Shown here piece after piece: positions 34,854 through 44,327 of a stretch of DNA of 64,000 nt (position 1 is the first letter of the stretch; every line of letters starts with the position of its first letter). The stretch is from contig NZ_JBHYEO010000010.1 of NCBI RefSeq assembly GCF_051860105.1, positions 2,832 to 66,831 on the forward strand, given 5' to 3'. The stretch comes from Microcella sp. (GTDB lineage Bacteria > Actinomycetota > Actinomycetes > Actinomycetales > Microbacteriaceae). The position numbers and the translations under genes are program-made. Under the pieces are notes generated by a model, which did no database searches, was not told the DNA's origin, and saw only the letters and a program-made list of their open reading frames with translations.

Positions 34854-35138
34854 ATGCCGACTGCCGACAGTGACGATCTGAGCTCGTTCGGAGAGCGAGT
34901 GCGTCGATTCCGCGTGGAGCGAGGGCTCACGCAGTCGCAGCTCGCCGAGCAGGTCGAGCTCGATCGCAAGACGATCAACCGGCTCGAAGCAGGCCACTAC
35001 TCGACCTCTCTTCGCACGGTGTTCCGTATCGCGGCCGCGCTCAGCGTCGTGCCGGGGCACCTGTTCACCGATGACCTCGGCGACTCCACGGCAGCGACGT
35101 CGGACGACCTCGTGGGCTGGGAGACGGCCGAATCCTGA
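34854..35138 (+). CDS. XRE-family helix-turn-helix transcriptional regulator
   Basis: FGERVRRFRVERGLTQSQLAEQVELDRKTINRLEAGHYSTSLRTVFRIAAAL is a classic XRE HTH. Start at ATG 34854 (alternative 34831). Confidence 0.8.
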   Translation: MPTADSDDLSSFGERVRRFRVERGLTQSQLAEQVELDRKTINRLEAGHYSTSLRTVFRIAAALSVVPGHLFTDDLGDSTAATSDDLVGWETAES

Positions 35139-35265
35139 GGCGGTCCCCGCGACGGAGCGGCAGGACCTCGGACTCTGACCGGGCGTGACCGCCGTGCTCT
35201 AGGCTGAGCGGCACGATTCCGGCGAGGCCGCCGGGGGGCAGCTGTCGACTCGAAAGGGAGCCGCC

Positions 35266-35670
35266 ATGAGACGCACAGCACGACGCGAGTCCGCTCAGCT
35301 CGTCGAGGTCGCGTGCGGCATGACGGTCGACCTGTTCTGCCAGCCCGAGCACACGGGAGCGAGCGTGCAGTGGCTTTGGTCGGCGCCGCTCGATCGGCTC
35401 GCCGACCGCGGGCTCGACGAGCGCGAGGTTCTCGACCGGATCGTCGAGATGACGCGGCGCGCGGGGTTCCATCCCGATACGCACTCCTCGTTGCACCGGA
35501 TGCTCCTGAACGGCTCCGGTCACGAGGCGGCCTGCCCGTTCTCGCGCGACGAGTGCTCCGGCGCGCACCTGGTCGTGACCGGAGCGGGGCGCGTCGGGGC
35601 TCGACCGTTGCGCCGCGCGGCATCGATGGTCGACCTGATCGCGGCACACACCCCTCTGCTCTCGCGCTGA
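35266..35670 (+). CDS. Hypothetical protein
   Basis: 134-aa ORF with strong G/C third-position bias in this frame. No motif recognised. Confidence 0.45.
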   Translation: MRRTARRESAQLVEVACGMTVDLFCQPEHTGASVQWLWSAPLDRLADRGLDEREVLDRIVEMTRRAGFHPDTHSSLHRMLLNGSGHEAACPFSRDECSGAHLVVTGAGRVGARPLRRAASMVDLIAAHTPLLSR

Positions 35671-35773
35671 CCGCCGCGCGGGGCTCGCTCGCGCGGCCGG
35701 CGCAGCTCTCTCGAGATCGCTCCCAACCGAGCGGCCACCGGCTCCGAACAGTGGTCATGAGCGAGGCAGACGC

Positions 35774-36325
35774 ATGAACGGGACGACAGGTCGGTGGGTC
35801 GTGGCACTGTCGGCGGCGGGGGCCGCCGCCATCCACGGCGCGACGTCGGTCTCGGCCGTCGACGGGGGCGTCGGCGCTGTGCTCGCAGTGGTGGGGGCCG
35901 CCGAGCTGACGATCGCGGTGGGGGCCGCGACCTCAGCCCGGTGGCTCCCCGCCCCTCGCACGGTCGCGCTGCTGCTCGTGGCACCGGTGCTGCTTTGGGC
36001 GACGCTGCTGCTGGTCGCCGTCACCGCCGATTCGCCGGCCATCGCGGGTTCGCTCGCGACCGTGCCGCTGGCGGGAGCGACCGTGCTGGGACTGGCCGGT
36101 GCCGCATCCGCGGGGGCGGATGCGCGGCGCACGCGGGTGGGGGCCCGCGTGCGCCCGGCCCGCGCCGGTCTCGCCGTGGCGGCCGCAGCCGTGCTGACCG
36201 TGCTCGTCGTGACGCCCTCGGTGGCGGCGACGCTGCCGAGCGCCGGCATCGCCCCGGAGGAGGAGAAGGTGCCGTCGACCATCGTGTTCGGCGGCCACTC
36301 CGGCCACATCGGCTACCAGCCCTGA
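35774..36325 (+). CDS. Hypothetical integral membrane protein
   Basis: 183-aa ORF with Ala/Val/Leu-rich hydrophobic segments throughout. Confidence 0.5.
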   Translation: MNGTTGRWVVALSAAGAAAIHGATSVSAVDGGVGAVLAVVGAAELTIAVGAATSARWLPAPRTVALLLVAPVLLWATLLLVAVTADSPAIAGSLATVPLAGATVLGLAGAASAGADARRTRVGARVRPARAGLAVAAAAVLTVLVVTPSVAATLPSAGIAPEEEKVPSTIVFGGHSGHIGYQP

Positions 36326-36332
36326 GCGGAGG

Positions 36333-37658
36333 CTACCCGCTCGCCGCGATCGCCCGACCGATGCCCGGCTCGGCCTCGGCCATGAACCGTCGCACGTCGT
36401 CGTCGACGATGATGTCGCTCGGGCGCAGCGGCCGCACGAGGTGCAGCCCGTCGAGTGAGCGGATGCGACTGAGCGCCACATAGGTCTGCCCGGGCGCGAA
36501 GGCACGGGGCCCGAGGTCGACGATCGCGCGGTCGTAGGTCGAGCCCTGCGATTTGTGGATCGTCACGGCCCAGGCGAGGCGAAGCGGGAACTGGGTGAAC
36601 TCGGCGACGACGTCTTTCGAGACGCGCTTCGTCGCCGCGGAGTAGGTGTACTTGTACTTCTCCCAGGTCGCGGGCACGACTTCGTGGCTCTCGCCGTCGA
36701 CCTCGACGAACACGGTGCGGCCGATGCGCTCGACCGTGCCGAGGCTGCCGTTGACCCAGCGCGGGTGGCCATCGCCTCCCGTGTCGTTGCGCAAGAACAT
36801 CACCTGCGCGCCGACCTTCAGCTGCAGCTCCTCGTCGGCCGGGTACCCGCCCTTCGGCCCGAACTCGCCAGCGATGTCGGCCCGAGCCGTCTTGGGGTCT
36901 CCGGGCAGGCGGCGCAGGGCATCCGCGTTGATGCGGGTGACCGTCGCATTGGTCGTGGCCAGCGTCAGAACGCCGTCGTCGGGAGCCGGACGGGCTCCGG
37001 CCTCGTTCAGGGCGCGCCCGATCTCGGGCGTCACCGTGCCGTGCCGCACGGCGGTCAGCATCGCCCGGAAGTCGGAGTCCTGCTGCCGGTGGATCGTCTG
37101 CAGCTCGACGATGCGCAGCTCGGCCTCGGCCCACACCCGCGCGTCGAAGAACCACATCGACCGGTAGTGATCGGCGAAATACGCGCGCTCTCCCTCATCG
37201 CGGCCCGGCACCGGCGCCAGCTGGTAGGGGTCGCCGAACAGCACGACCTGCACCCCGCCGAACGGCTCGTGCCGACGAGCACGCGCCTGACGAAGTCGAC
37301 GGTCGATCGCGTCCATCAGGTCGGCACTCACCATCGAGACCTCGTCGATCACGACGGTGTCGATCGAGGCGAGCAGGCGCCGCAGCTCGGGCGGGTCGTC
37401 GAAGTCGTGGTCGGCGATGAGCCCGATCGGCAACCGGAAGAGCGAATGGATGGTCTGCCCGCCCACGTTCAAGGCCGCGACCCCGGTCGGGGCGCAGACG
37501 ACGACCGATCGCTCGGTCGAGGCGATGAAGGCTTCGAGCAAGGTCGACTTGCCCGTGCCCGCTCGACCCGTCACGAACACGTGCTCTCGCGTCGACTCGA
37601 TGACCTCGAGCACCGCCGACTGCTCAGGGCTGAGCGCCGCGCCGGTGCTCTGCGTCAT
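36333..37658 (-). CDS. Pif1/RecD-like SF1B DNA helicase
   Basis: Walker A is VTGRAGTGKSTLL and Walker B is VVIDEVSMV. C-terminal AVTIHKSQGSTYD is the typical SF1B motif. Confidence 0.85.
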   Translation of the reverse strand: MTQSTGAALSPEQSAVLEVIESTREHVFVTGRAGTGKSTLLEAFIASTERSVVVCAPTGVAALNVGGQTIHSLFRLPIGLIADHDFDDPPELRRLLASIDTVVIDEVSMVSADLMDAIDRRLRQARARRHEPFGGVQVVLFGDPYQLAPVPGRDEGERAYFADHYRSMWFFDARVWAEAELRIVELQTIHRQQDSDFRAMLTAVRHGTVTPEIGRALNEAGARPAPDDGVLTLATTNATVTRINADALRRLPGDPKTARADIAGEFGPKGGYPADEELQLKVGAQVMFLRNDTGGDGHPRWVNGSLGTVERIGRTVFVEVDGESHEVVPATWEKYKYTYSAATKRVSKDVVAEFTQFPLRLAWAVTIHKSQGSTYDRAIVDLGPRAFAPGQTYVALSRIRSLDGLHLVRPLRPSDIIVDDDVRRFMAEAEPGIGRAIAASG

Positions 37659-37774
37659 CGCCCGCCTGCCCTTCGTGCCGTCGCCGATCAGCGATCTTCC
37701 ACTGTAGCCGCGGCCCCGTCAGCAGACTGGCAGGCCGACGAGGAGGGCGCGCCCGGCGTGCGTAGGCTGAGCGC

Positions 37775-38725
37775 ATGACCCGGGCACCGCTCGTGTGGGG
37801 AGGAGCCGCGGCCGGCATCGTCGGCCTCGGCGGTCTCGCGCTCGCGCTCGCGCTCTCGACGACGGCCACGGCGGCCGACCATGTGCAGCGCTACCTCGAC
37901 GCGCTCGCGCGCGACGATCTCGCGGCTGTCGCGCGGCTCGCCGGCCTCGAGGCCCCCACGGCGATGCCTCTCGGCGATGACGGTGAGCCCAGCATCCACC
38001 GCGTCGTCAGCAGCGCGCCCGACGCTGACGGCGGCGTCACCGTCGTCGCGGAGTACGGGAGCGAGACGGATGCGGTGACGGTGCGCTTCCGCCTCGAACC
38101 CGCGCCGCCGACGCTCGGGCTCGTGCCCGCCTGGGCCTTCGCGCAGCCGCCGGTCACGACGCTCTCGGTCGCGGCCGACCAGCACGACCGGCTGGTCGCG
38201 AACGAGCGCGTCGTCGTGGCCGAGGTCGCCGGTCAGCCGGTCGACGTCACCGCGTTCGTGCCAGCACGCATCACGGTGCGCATCACCGACCCGCTGCTGC
38301 GCGCGGACCCCGTGACGGTGCGCGCCGGAGCCACCGGCGATCAGGAGGTCGAGCTCGTCGTCGCGCCGGGCGATCGGCTCGAGCGGCTCGTCGCCGCCGA
38401 GGTCGAGCACCTGCTCATCGCCTGCGCCGAGCAGCCGGTGCTGCAGCCCACGGGGTGCCCCTTCGGCATCGAGATCATCGATCGTGTCACGGCCCCGCCC
38501 GTGTGGCGGCTCGAGGCCGCCCCCGAGGTGATCGTCGAGCCGGGGGAGGATCCGGGCGTCTGGCGGGTGCGCGGTGAGGGCTCGGTGCGCCTCACCGTCA
38601 CGCTGCAGAGGCTCTTCGACGGTCTGACCGTCGAGCGCGACGAGCAGGTCGCATTCGTCGTGCGCGGTGATGTGGTGCTCGACCCGGCTGGCCCGGTGCT
38701 GACGATCTACCCGCCGGGCGTCTGA
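37775..38725 (+). CDS. Hypothetical membrane-anchored/secreted protein
   Basis: 316-aa ORF with an N-terminal hydrophobic anchor GAAAGIVGLGGLALALAL. No motif recognised. Confidence 0.55.
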   Translation: MTRAPLVWGGAAAGIVGLGGLALALALSTTATAADHVQRYLDALARDDLAAVARLAGLEAPTAMPLGDDGEPSIHRVVSSAPDADGGVTVVAEYGSETDAVTVRFRLEPAPPTLGLVPAWAFAQPPVTTLSVAADQHDRLVANERVVVAEVAGQPVDVTAFVPARITVRITDPLLRADPVTVRAGATGDQEVELVVAPGDRLERLVAAEVEHLLIACAEQPVLQPTGCPFGIEIIDRVTAPPVWRLEAAPEVIVEPGEDPGVWRVRGEGSVRLTVTLQRLFDGLTVERDEQVAFVVRGDVVLDPAGPVLTIYPPGV

Positions 38726-40755
38726 TCGGGGGCACCCGTGCGCCCCGCGCCCGCCGCGGCCGTGGTGCGCGCGCGGTCGGCGAGCATGGCGTTCCAGGCC
38801 TCGAGCTCGGCGTCGCCGTCGCGGTCGGCCTTGCGGTCGAGACGCGTGCTCTCGCGCTTGTCGGCGCGGCTCCAACTCCACACCACGAGCATGGCGAGCA
38901 CGAGGGTCGGGATCTCGCCGACGCTCCAGGCGATGCCGCCGCCGGTCTGCTGGTCGGCGAGCGGCGCCTGGCCCCACTCGCGCCCCATCGCCCCGAACCA
39001 CTCGGGCAGCAGGAGCCCCGTGCCCGTGATGAGCGAGAGCCCGAAGAACGCATGGAACGCCATCGTCGCGAGCAGGATGATGAGCCGGATCGGGTACGGC
39101 GGCCGGTACGGCGCCGGGTCGACGCCGATGAGCGCGTTGACGAAGAGGTAGCCGCTGAGCAGGAAGTGCAGCACCATCCACTGGTGGCCGAGGTGGTCGC
39201 TCACGGCCCACGAGAACAGCGGCGAGTAGTAGAAGACGAGCAGCGAGACGGCGAACACGATCGAGGCGACGAGCGGGTGCCCGACGATGCCGGCGAAGCG
39301 CGAGTGCACGATGGCGAGGATCCATTCGCGCGGTCCGCGCGACCCGTCTTTGCGTGCGTGGATGGCCCGTGCCGCGAGCGTCACGGGCGCTCCGAGCACG
39401 AGCATCACGGGAATGCCCATGCTGAGCACCATGTGGCCGAGCATGTGGACGCTAAAGAGGTACTTCTCGTACACGGCCAGGCCGCTGCTCGTCACGACGA
39501 TGAGCGTGAGCATGCCGAGCGTCCACAGGATGGTGCGGTGCAGTGGCCACGCGTCGCCGCGACGGTGCAGGCGCACGACTCCGGCGAGGTAGAAGAAGGC
39601 GCCGAAGCCGGCGAGCAGGGCCCACAGCAGGTTGAGGTCCCACTCCGTCGCGAGGCGCCAGGTCTCGAATGCGGGAGGGAGCGGTGCACCGGTCAAGATC
39701 TCGGCGGGGCTCGGGTCGGCGAGCTGATCGACGGGCACCTGCGGCACCGGGGTCGGGGTGCGCGCGAGGGCGGTCGCGAGCCCGGACGCGATGCCCATGA
39801 GCGCGAGCTCGGCCGTGACGATGATCCAGAACGTCGAGCGCGGCCGCTGCTCGCGCTCGAGCCGGCGGATGAGGGATCGCCGGTACGCCGCGCCGAAGGC
39901 TCCGAGCCCGATGAGAGCGACGACCTTGGCGGCGACGATGGCGCCGTAGGGCGTGGCGAGCGCGTCGAGACCGCCCATGCGCAGTTGCGCGCTCACGAGC
40001 CCGGAGGTCGCGACGACGATGAAGGCGACGAGGGCGATGGTCGAGTAGCGCGCGAGCACGACCGGCAGGCGGTCGGCGAGCGCACCGCGCGCGAGCACGA
40101 TGGTGAGGAGCCCGCCGACCCACGCTGCCGCGAAGACGCTGTGCAGGTAGACGGCCGTGACGGCGGCGTCATGATCGGCGGTGCCGCCGGTGTGGCCGGT
40201 CTGCGCGACGGGCCACAGAGCTGCCACGGCGATGAGCGCCACGACCGCGAGCACGGCGGGGCTGCGCACCGCGAAGCACAGCACCGTGACGACGGCCGCC
40301 ATGAGCGTCGTCGCGAGCCACGCCTGGCCGAGCTCGGTCGTGCTGAGGAAGGCGGCGATGAGGCGGCCGAACCGGTCATCGAGGGCGACGGGCTCGACGT
40401 AGGCCGCGAGGAAGGTGAAGAACGCCGACGCGGCCGAGGCGACCGTCCAGACCGCGGCGGATGCGGCGGCGATATCGAGGGCGCGGCCGTGCTCGGGCCG
40501 CGCGGGGGCGAGGGCGAGAACCGCGAGCAGCAGTCCGCCGATCGCGCCGGACGCGCCGAGCGTCGCGGCGAGCTTCGCGATCGGCAGGCCGTAGCGCACG
40601 ACCGCGCCGGGGTCGGTCAGCAGCGGGGCCTCCGCTCCGCCGCCGAGCACGAGGCCGATGAGGAGGGCCGCGAGCGCCGCCCCACCGAGGCTGACGACAC
40701 CGATCAGACCCCAGGGCAGCAGGGCGGTGCGGGTCGCAGGGGCCGTGATCGTCAC
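38707..40755 (-). CDS. Bifunctional copper-resistance CopD / cytochrome c oxidase assembly (CtaG-like) membrane protein
   Basis: 682-aa polytopic membrane ORF. Its architecture is typical of the actinobacterial CopD-CtaG fusion. Confidence 0.75.
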   Translation of the reverse strand: MTITAPATRTALLPWGLIGVVSLGGAALAALLIGLVLGGGAEAPLLTDPGAVVRYGLPIAKLAATLGASGAIGGLLLAVLALAPARPEHGRALDIAAASAAVWTVASAASAFFTFLAAYVEPVALDDRFGRLIAAFLSTTELGQAWLATTLMAAVVTVLCFAVRSPAVLAVVALIAVAALWPVAQTGHTGGTADHDAAVTAVYLHSVFAAAWVGGLLTIVLARGALADRLPVVLARYSTIALVAFIVVATSGLVSAQLRMGGLDALATPYGAIVAAKVVALIGLGAFGAAYRRSLIRRLEREQRPRSTFWIIVTAELALMGIASGLATALARTPTPVPQVPVDQLADPSPAEILTGAPLPPAFETWRLATEWDLNLLWALLAGFGAFFYLAGVVRLHRRGDAWPLHRTILWTLGMLTLIVVTSSGLAVYEKYLFSVHMLGHMVLSMGIPVMLVLGAPVTLAARAIHARKDGSRGPREWILAIVHSRFAGIVGHPLVASIVFAVSLLVFYYSPLFSWAVSDHLGHQWMVLHFLLSGYLFVNALIGVDPAPYRPPYPIRLIILLATMAFHAFFGLSLITGTGLLLPEWFGAMGREWGQAPLADQQTGGGIAWSVGEIPTLVLAMLVVWSWSRADKRESTRLDRKADRDGDAELEAWNAMLADRARTTAAAGAGRTGAPDQTPGG

Positions 40756-40890
40756 CCCTCCAGGCTAGGCGACCGGGCTGAGCGGCTGCTCAGGGGCCGG
40801 GCACGGCGCTGACCGCGCACACCCGCCCGCCGCGCTACGGGGGGCCCCCTTCATGGGGTCGCCGCCCTTCGCGCGTCGAGAAGCAGCTGC

Positions 40891-41163
40891 CTACTTGGCG
40901 GCGGCCTTCAGCTTGCTGCCGGCGCTGACCTTCACGCCGTACGACGCGGCGATCTGGATGGCCTCGCCGGTCTGCGGGTTGCGGCCGGTGCGGGCGTCGC
41001 GGTGGGTGCGCTCGAAGGCGATCCAGCCGGGGATGGCGACCTTGGTGCCGCCCTTGACGGCGCCGGAGACGACCGAGAAGAGGCCGTCGATCGCGCGGTT
41101 CACATCAGCCTGGCTCAGGCCCGACTCTGCGGCGATGGCCGCGACAAGCTCGGAACGGTTCAT
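40891..41163 (-). CDS. hup: HU-family nucleoid-associated DNA-binding protein
   Basis: MNRSELVAAIAAESGLSQADVNRAIDGLF...RTGRNPQTGEAIQIAASYGVKVSAGSKLK. Start at ATG 41163, not the track start at 41247. Confidence 0.9.
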   Translation of the reverse strand: MNRSELVAAIAAESGLSQADVNRAIDGLFSVVSGAVKGGTKVAIPGWIAFERTHRDARTGRNPQTGEAIQIAASYGVKVSAGSKLKAAAK

Positions 41164-41311
41164 GGTGTCCTCCTCGGACCTCAACAGTTTGGTGGAGATG
41201 GTTCCCGGTCGTGATCTGACCGCGAACCGCCTTGACGGTACCAGCACTCCCGCATGATTCCGGGCATTTCGCCGCGGTGTGCCGCAACCCGCGACCGCGT
41301 GGCGATAACAG

Positions 41312-41347
41312 GAGGAGGGGGCGCCCCGGTCGGGGCGCCCCCTCCTC
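41312..41347 (-). terminator. Strong GC hairpin (16-bp stem, 4-nt loop) downstream of rpsN
   Basis: GAGGAGGGGGCGCCCC-GGTC-GGGGCGCCCCCTCCTC read directly, about 30 nt after the rpsN stop. The downstream T tract is weak. Confidence 0.6.
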
Positions 41348-41373
41348 GAGGCAGTGCGTGGTGCGAGCGGGTG

Positions 41374-41679
41374 CTACCAGCTCGACTTGGTGATGCCGGG
41401 CAGCTCGCCGCGGTGGGCCATGTCGCGGAACCGCACACGCGAGATGCCGAACTTCGTCAGCACACCGCGGGGGCGGCCGTCGACGGCGTCGCGCGACCGC
41501 ACGCGCACGGGCGAGGCGTTGCGGGGCAGCTTCTGCAGGCCCTTGCGGGCGGCCTCGCGCGACTCGTCGGTGCCGTTCGGGTCGACGAGGGCCTTCTTCA
41601 GTTCCAGGCGCTTCGCGGCGTACCGCTCCACGACAACCTTGCGCTGCTCGTTGCGCGCGATCTTGCTCTTCTTCGCCAT
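41374..41679 (-). CDS. rpsN: 30S ribosomal protein S14 (long, non-zinc form)
   Basis: [24 protein letters not shown]...[11 protein letters not shown]. Confidence 0.95.
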   Translation of the reverse strand: MAKKSKIARNEQRKVVVERYAAKRLELKKALVDPNGTDESREAARKGLQKLPRNASPVRVRSRDAVDGRPRGVLTKFGISRVRFRDMAHRGELPGITKSSW

Positions 41680-41682
41680 GAC

Positions 41683-41850
41683 TTAGCGCTCCTCGCGGAA
41701 TTCGACGTGCTTGCGGATGACCGGGTCGTACTTCTTGAGCACGAGGCGGTCGGGGTCGTTACGACGGTTCTTGCGGGTCACGTAGGTGTACCCGGTGCCG
41801 GCGGTCGACTTGAGCTTGATGATCGGACGGACGTCCTGCTGCTTGGCCAC
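41683..41850 (-). CDS. rpmG: 50S ribosomal protein L33
   Basis: Not in the ORF track (55 aa). Manual translation from GTG 41850 gives [55 protein letters not shown], stop TAA. Confidence 0.9.
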   Translation of the reverse strand: MAKQQDVRPIIKLKSTAGTGYTYVTRKNRRNDPDRLVLKKYDPVIRKHVEFREER

Positions 41851-42086
41851 TAGATCTTCTCCCCACGCGCGAGCAGGTCTTTCACGACGGCCTCGATGCC
41901 ACGGGCATCGATCGTCTTGATGCCCTTAGCCGAAAGCGTCAGGGTGACGTTGCGGCGAAGCGACGGCACGAAGTACGTCTTCTTCTGGATGTTCGGGTCG
42001 AACCGGCGCTTCGTGCGACGGTGCGAGTGCGAGATGTTGTGCCCGAAGCCGGGAACGGCTCCGGTCACCTGGCAGACGGCTGCCAT
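41850..42086 (-). CDS. rpmB: 50S ribosomal protein L28
   Basis: [36 protein letters not shown]... Confidence 0.95.
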   Translation of the reverse strand: MAAVCQVTGAVPGFGHNISHSHRRTKRRFDPNIQKKTYFVPSLRRNVTLTLSAKGIKTIDARGIEAVVKDLLARGEKI

Positions 42087-42235
42087 GGTTCCTCCAATAT
42101 GTGGCTACCGTACGGCGAGCGCCGTACCCAAGGTCACTTGTCGGCACGCAGACACCCGCTGCTCTCGCCGGTGGTGCTGGCGAGACGGGAGCGCGTACAA
42201 GATGGGCGGATGGCCGCCCAACACAAACCCCTAGC

Positions 42236-42640
42236 CTACGACGAAAGGTGGTCGGCCTGCAATCTCGAGCACGCCTTGCACAGCCCGAACACGTCGACGA
42301 CGTGCTCGGCGCGCGTGAAGCCGTGCTGAGCCGCAATCTGCCGCGCCCACTCCTCGACCGCGCGCGCCTCGATCTCGACGGTGAGCCCGCAGGTCCGGCA
42401 GATGAGGTGGTGATGGTGGCTACCGGGAGTGCACGCGCGGTAGAGCGCTTCGCCTTCCTGCTGCAGCGCGTCGGCATCGCCCTCCTCGGCCAGATCGGCG
42501 AGGGCGCGGTACACCGTGGCGAGGCCGATGCTCGAGCCCGCATCCTTCAAGGCCGCATACAGCGCTTGCGCGCTCACGAAGCCCTCGCGCTCGGCGAGCG
42601 CCGCACGCACCGCCTCGCGCTGCCAGGTGTTGCGCTTCAT
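42236..42640 (-). CDS. zur: Fur-family zinc uptake regulator
   Basis: MKRNTWQREAVRAAL...HHHHLICRTCG...FGLCKAC has two CxxC pairs. It is the last gene of the zinc ABC operon. Start at ATG 42640 overlaps the znuB stop. Confidence 0.85.
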   Translation of the reverse strand: MKRNTWQREAVRAALAEREGFVSAQALYAALKDAGSSIGLATVYRALADLAEEGDADALQQEGEALYRACTPGSHHHHLICRTCGLTVEIEARAVEEWARQIAAQHGFTRAEHVVDVFGLCKACSRLQADHLSS

Positions 42641-43464
42641 CGAGCGACCTTCTGACGAGACCCCAGCAACCGGCAGACGAGGTAGATCGCGAACGAGATG
42701 GTCGTGATGTAGGGGCTGATCGGCAGCGAGCCGCCGAGGGCCAGGAGGATTCCGCCGACGGCCGAGACGAGACCGAACGCCATGCTGAGCACCGGCACGA
42801 GCACGGGCGACGACGACACGCGCAACGCGGCCGCGGCGGGTGTCACGAGCAACGCGAGCACGAGAAGCGCCCCGATGATCTGCACCGAGACGGCGACCGT
42901 GAGGCCGAGCAGGGTCATGAAGACGATGCTCAGCGCGCGGCCCGGCACGCCGCGGGCGCTCGCCACCTCGGGGTCGAGGCTGTCGAAGGTCAGGGGGCGC
43001 CAAACCACGAGCAGGGCGACGAGCACGACGATGCTGATGCCGAGCAGCAGGCCCAGTTGGGGCAGGTCGACGCTGATGATCTGGCCGGTCAGCAGGCCGA
43101 ACTTATTGCCGCTGCGCCCGGGGTACAGGGCGAGGAAGAGGATGCCGAGGCCCAGCCCGAACGGCATGAGCACACCGATGATCGAGTTGCGGTCGCGCGC
43201 CTTGGTGCCGAGCACACCGATGAGGCCCGCAGCGATGAGCGAGCCGACGATCGACCCGGCAACGATGTTGAGGCCGAGCAGCAGTGCGGCGGCGGCCCCC
43301 GCGAACGACAGCTCGCTGATGCCGTGCACGGCGAAGGCCATGTCGCGCTGCATGACGAAGACCCCGATGAGCCCGCCGACGATTCCCAGCACCGCCGCGG
43401 CGATGATCGAGTTCTGCACGAGCGCGAGCAGCTGCACGTAGGTCGCCCAGTCGACGCCGATCAT
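42637..43464 (-). CDS. znuB: Metal (zinc) ABC transporter permease
   Basis: 275-aa polytopic ORF of the ZnuB/TroCD type, overlapping both neighbours. Confidence 0.88.
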   Translation of the reverse strand: MIGVDWATYVQLLALVQNSIIAAAVLGIVGGLIGVFVMQRDMAFAVHGISELSFAGAAAALLLGLNIVAGSIVGSLIAAGLIGVLGTKARDRNSIIGVLMPFGLGLGILFLALYPGRSGNKFGLLTGQIISVDLPQLGLLLGISIVVLVALLVVWRPLTFDSLDPEVASARGVPGRALSIVFMTLLGLTVAVSVQIIGALLVLALLVTPAAAALRVSSSPVLVPVLSMAFGLVSAVGGILLALGGSLPISPYITTISFAIYLVCRLLGSRQKVAR

Positions 43465-44327
43465 GCGATGACCTCGTGGTGGTGCTCGTCATCGGGAACA
43501 CCGACGACGATGACCCGGCCGCGCGAGCGGATGACCTCGACCGTCGTGCCATACAGGCGGCTGAGCACGTCGTCGCGCAGCACCTCGTCGGGGGTGCCGA
43601 TCGTGAACCGGCCGTGGGCGAGGTAGAGCACGCGGTCGACCATGCGGAGCACGGGGTTGACGTCGTGCGTGACGAAGACCACGGCCGTGCCGTGCTCACG
43701 GCGTCGGCGGTCGATGAGTTCGCTCACCGCCCGTTGGTGGTGCAGGTCGAGGCTCATGAGCGGCTCGTCGCACAGCAGCAGGGTCGGGTCGTCCGCGAGC
43801 GACTGGGCCACGCGCAGGCGCTGCTGCTCGCCGCCCGAGAGGCTGCCGAGCGGCCGGTCGGCGTAGTCGACGGCTCCGACGGAGGCGAGCAGGGCATCCA
43901 CTCGCTCGCGATCGGCGCGCCGCGTGATCGGCGGGCCGTACCGGTGACCGTTGACGCCCAGCATCACGAGGTCGCGCCCGCGCAGGGGGGTTCCCGGTGC
44001 CACGATCTTCTGCTGCGGAATGTAGCCGATGCGCCGGTGACCGCGATGCGCCGGATGCCCGTCGACGAGCACCTCGCCCGCATCGAGCTTCTGCTCGCCG
44101 AGCATGGCGCGCAGCAGGCTCGTCTTGCCCGTGCCGTTGCCGCCGAGCACGGCGATGAACTCGCCGGGGCGCACCTCCAGGTCGAGACCGCTCCAGAGCT
44201 CGCGGTCGCCGAAGCCGAGCGCCCCGCCGCGGATGCTGAGCACCGCGGCGGGGTCGGTCGAGCTGGTCGACGGCGTCACGCCGGGGTCACGGCTCCCACG
44301 ACCGCTTCGATGTTCGCGCGCATCCAC
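43461..44327 (-). CDS. znuC: Metal (zinc) ABC transporter ATP-binding protein
   Basis: Walker A is VLGGNGTGKTSLL, signature LSGGEQQR and Walker B LLLCDEPL. The true start is possibly downstream of 44327. Confidence 0.88.
   Translation of the reverse strand: MDAREHRSGRGSRDPGVTPSTSSTDPAAVLSIRGGALGFGDRELWSGLDLEVRPGEFIAVLGGNGTGKTSLLRAMLGEQKLDAGEVLVDGHPAHRGHRRIGYIPQQKIVAPGTPLRGRDLVMLGVNGHRYGPPITRRADRERVDALLASVGAVDYADRPLGSLSGGEQQRLRVAQSLADDPTLLLCDEPLMSLDLHHQRAVSELIDRRRREHGTAVVFVTHDVNPVLRMVDRVLYLAHGRFTIGTPDEVLRDDVLSRLYGTTVEVIRSRGRVIVVGVPDDEHHHEVIA

Noticed and set aside
36555-40812. Long ORFs 36555..37778 (+), 37688..39325 (-) and 39052..40812 (+).
   Set aside because: They are antisense or out-of-frame shadows of the Pif1-like helicase, the 316-aa hypothetical protein and CopD/CtaG. 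Their translations are dominated by Arg/Gly/Asp/His runs.
42087-42235. Possible Zur box or riboswitch in front of rpmB.
   Set aside because: No match to the GAAAATGATTTTCA-type box was found. Only an 8-bp hairpin (GTACGGCG/CGCCGTAC) is present, so Zur control of rpmB-rpmG-rpsN is not supported by the sequence.
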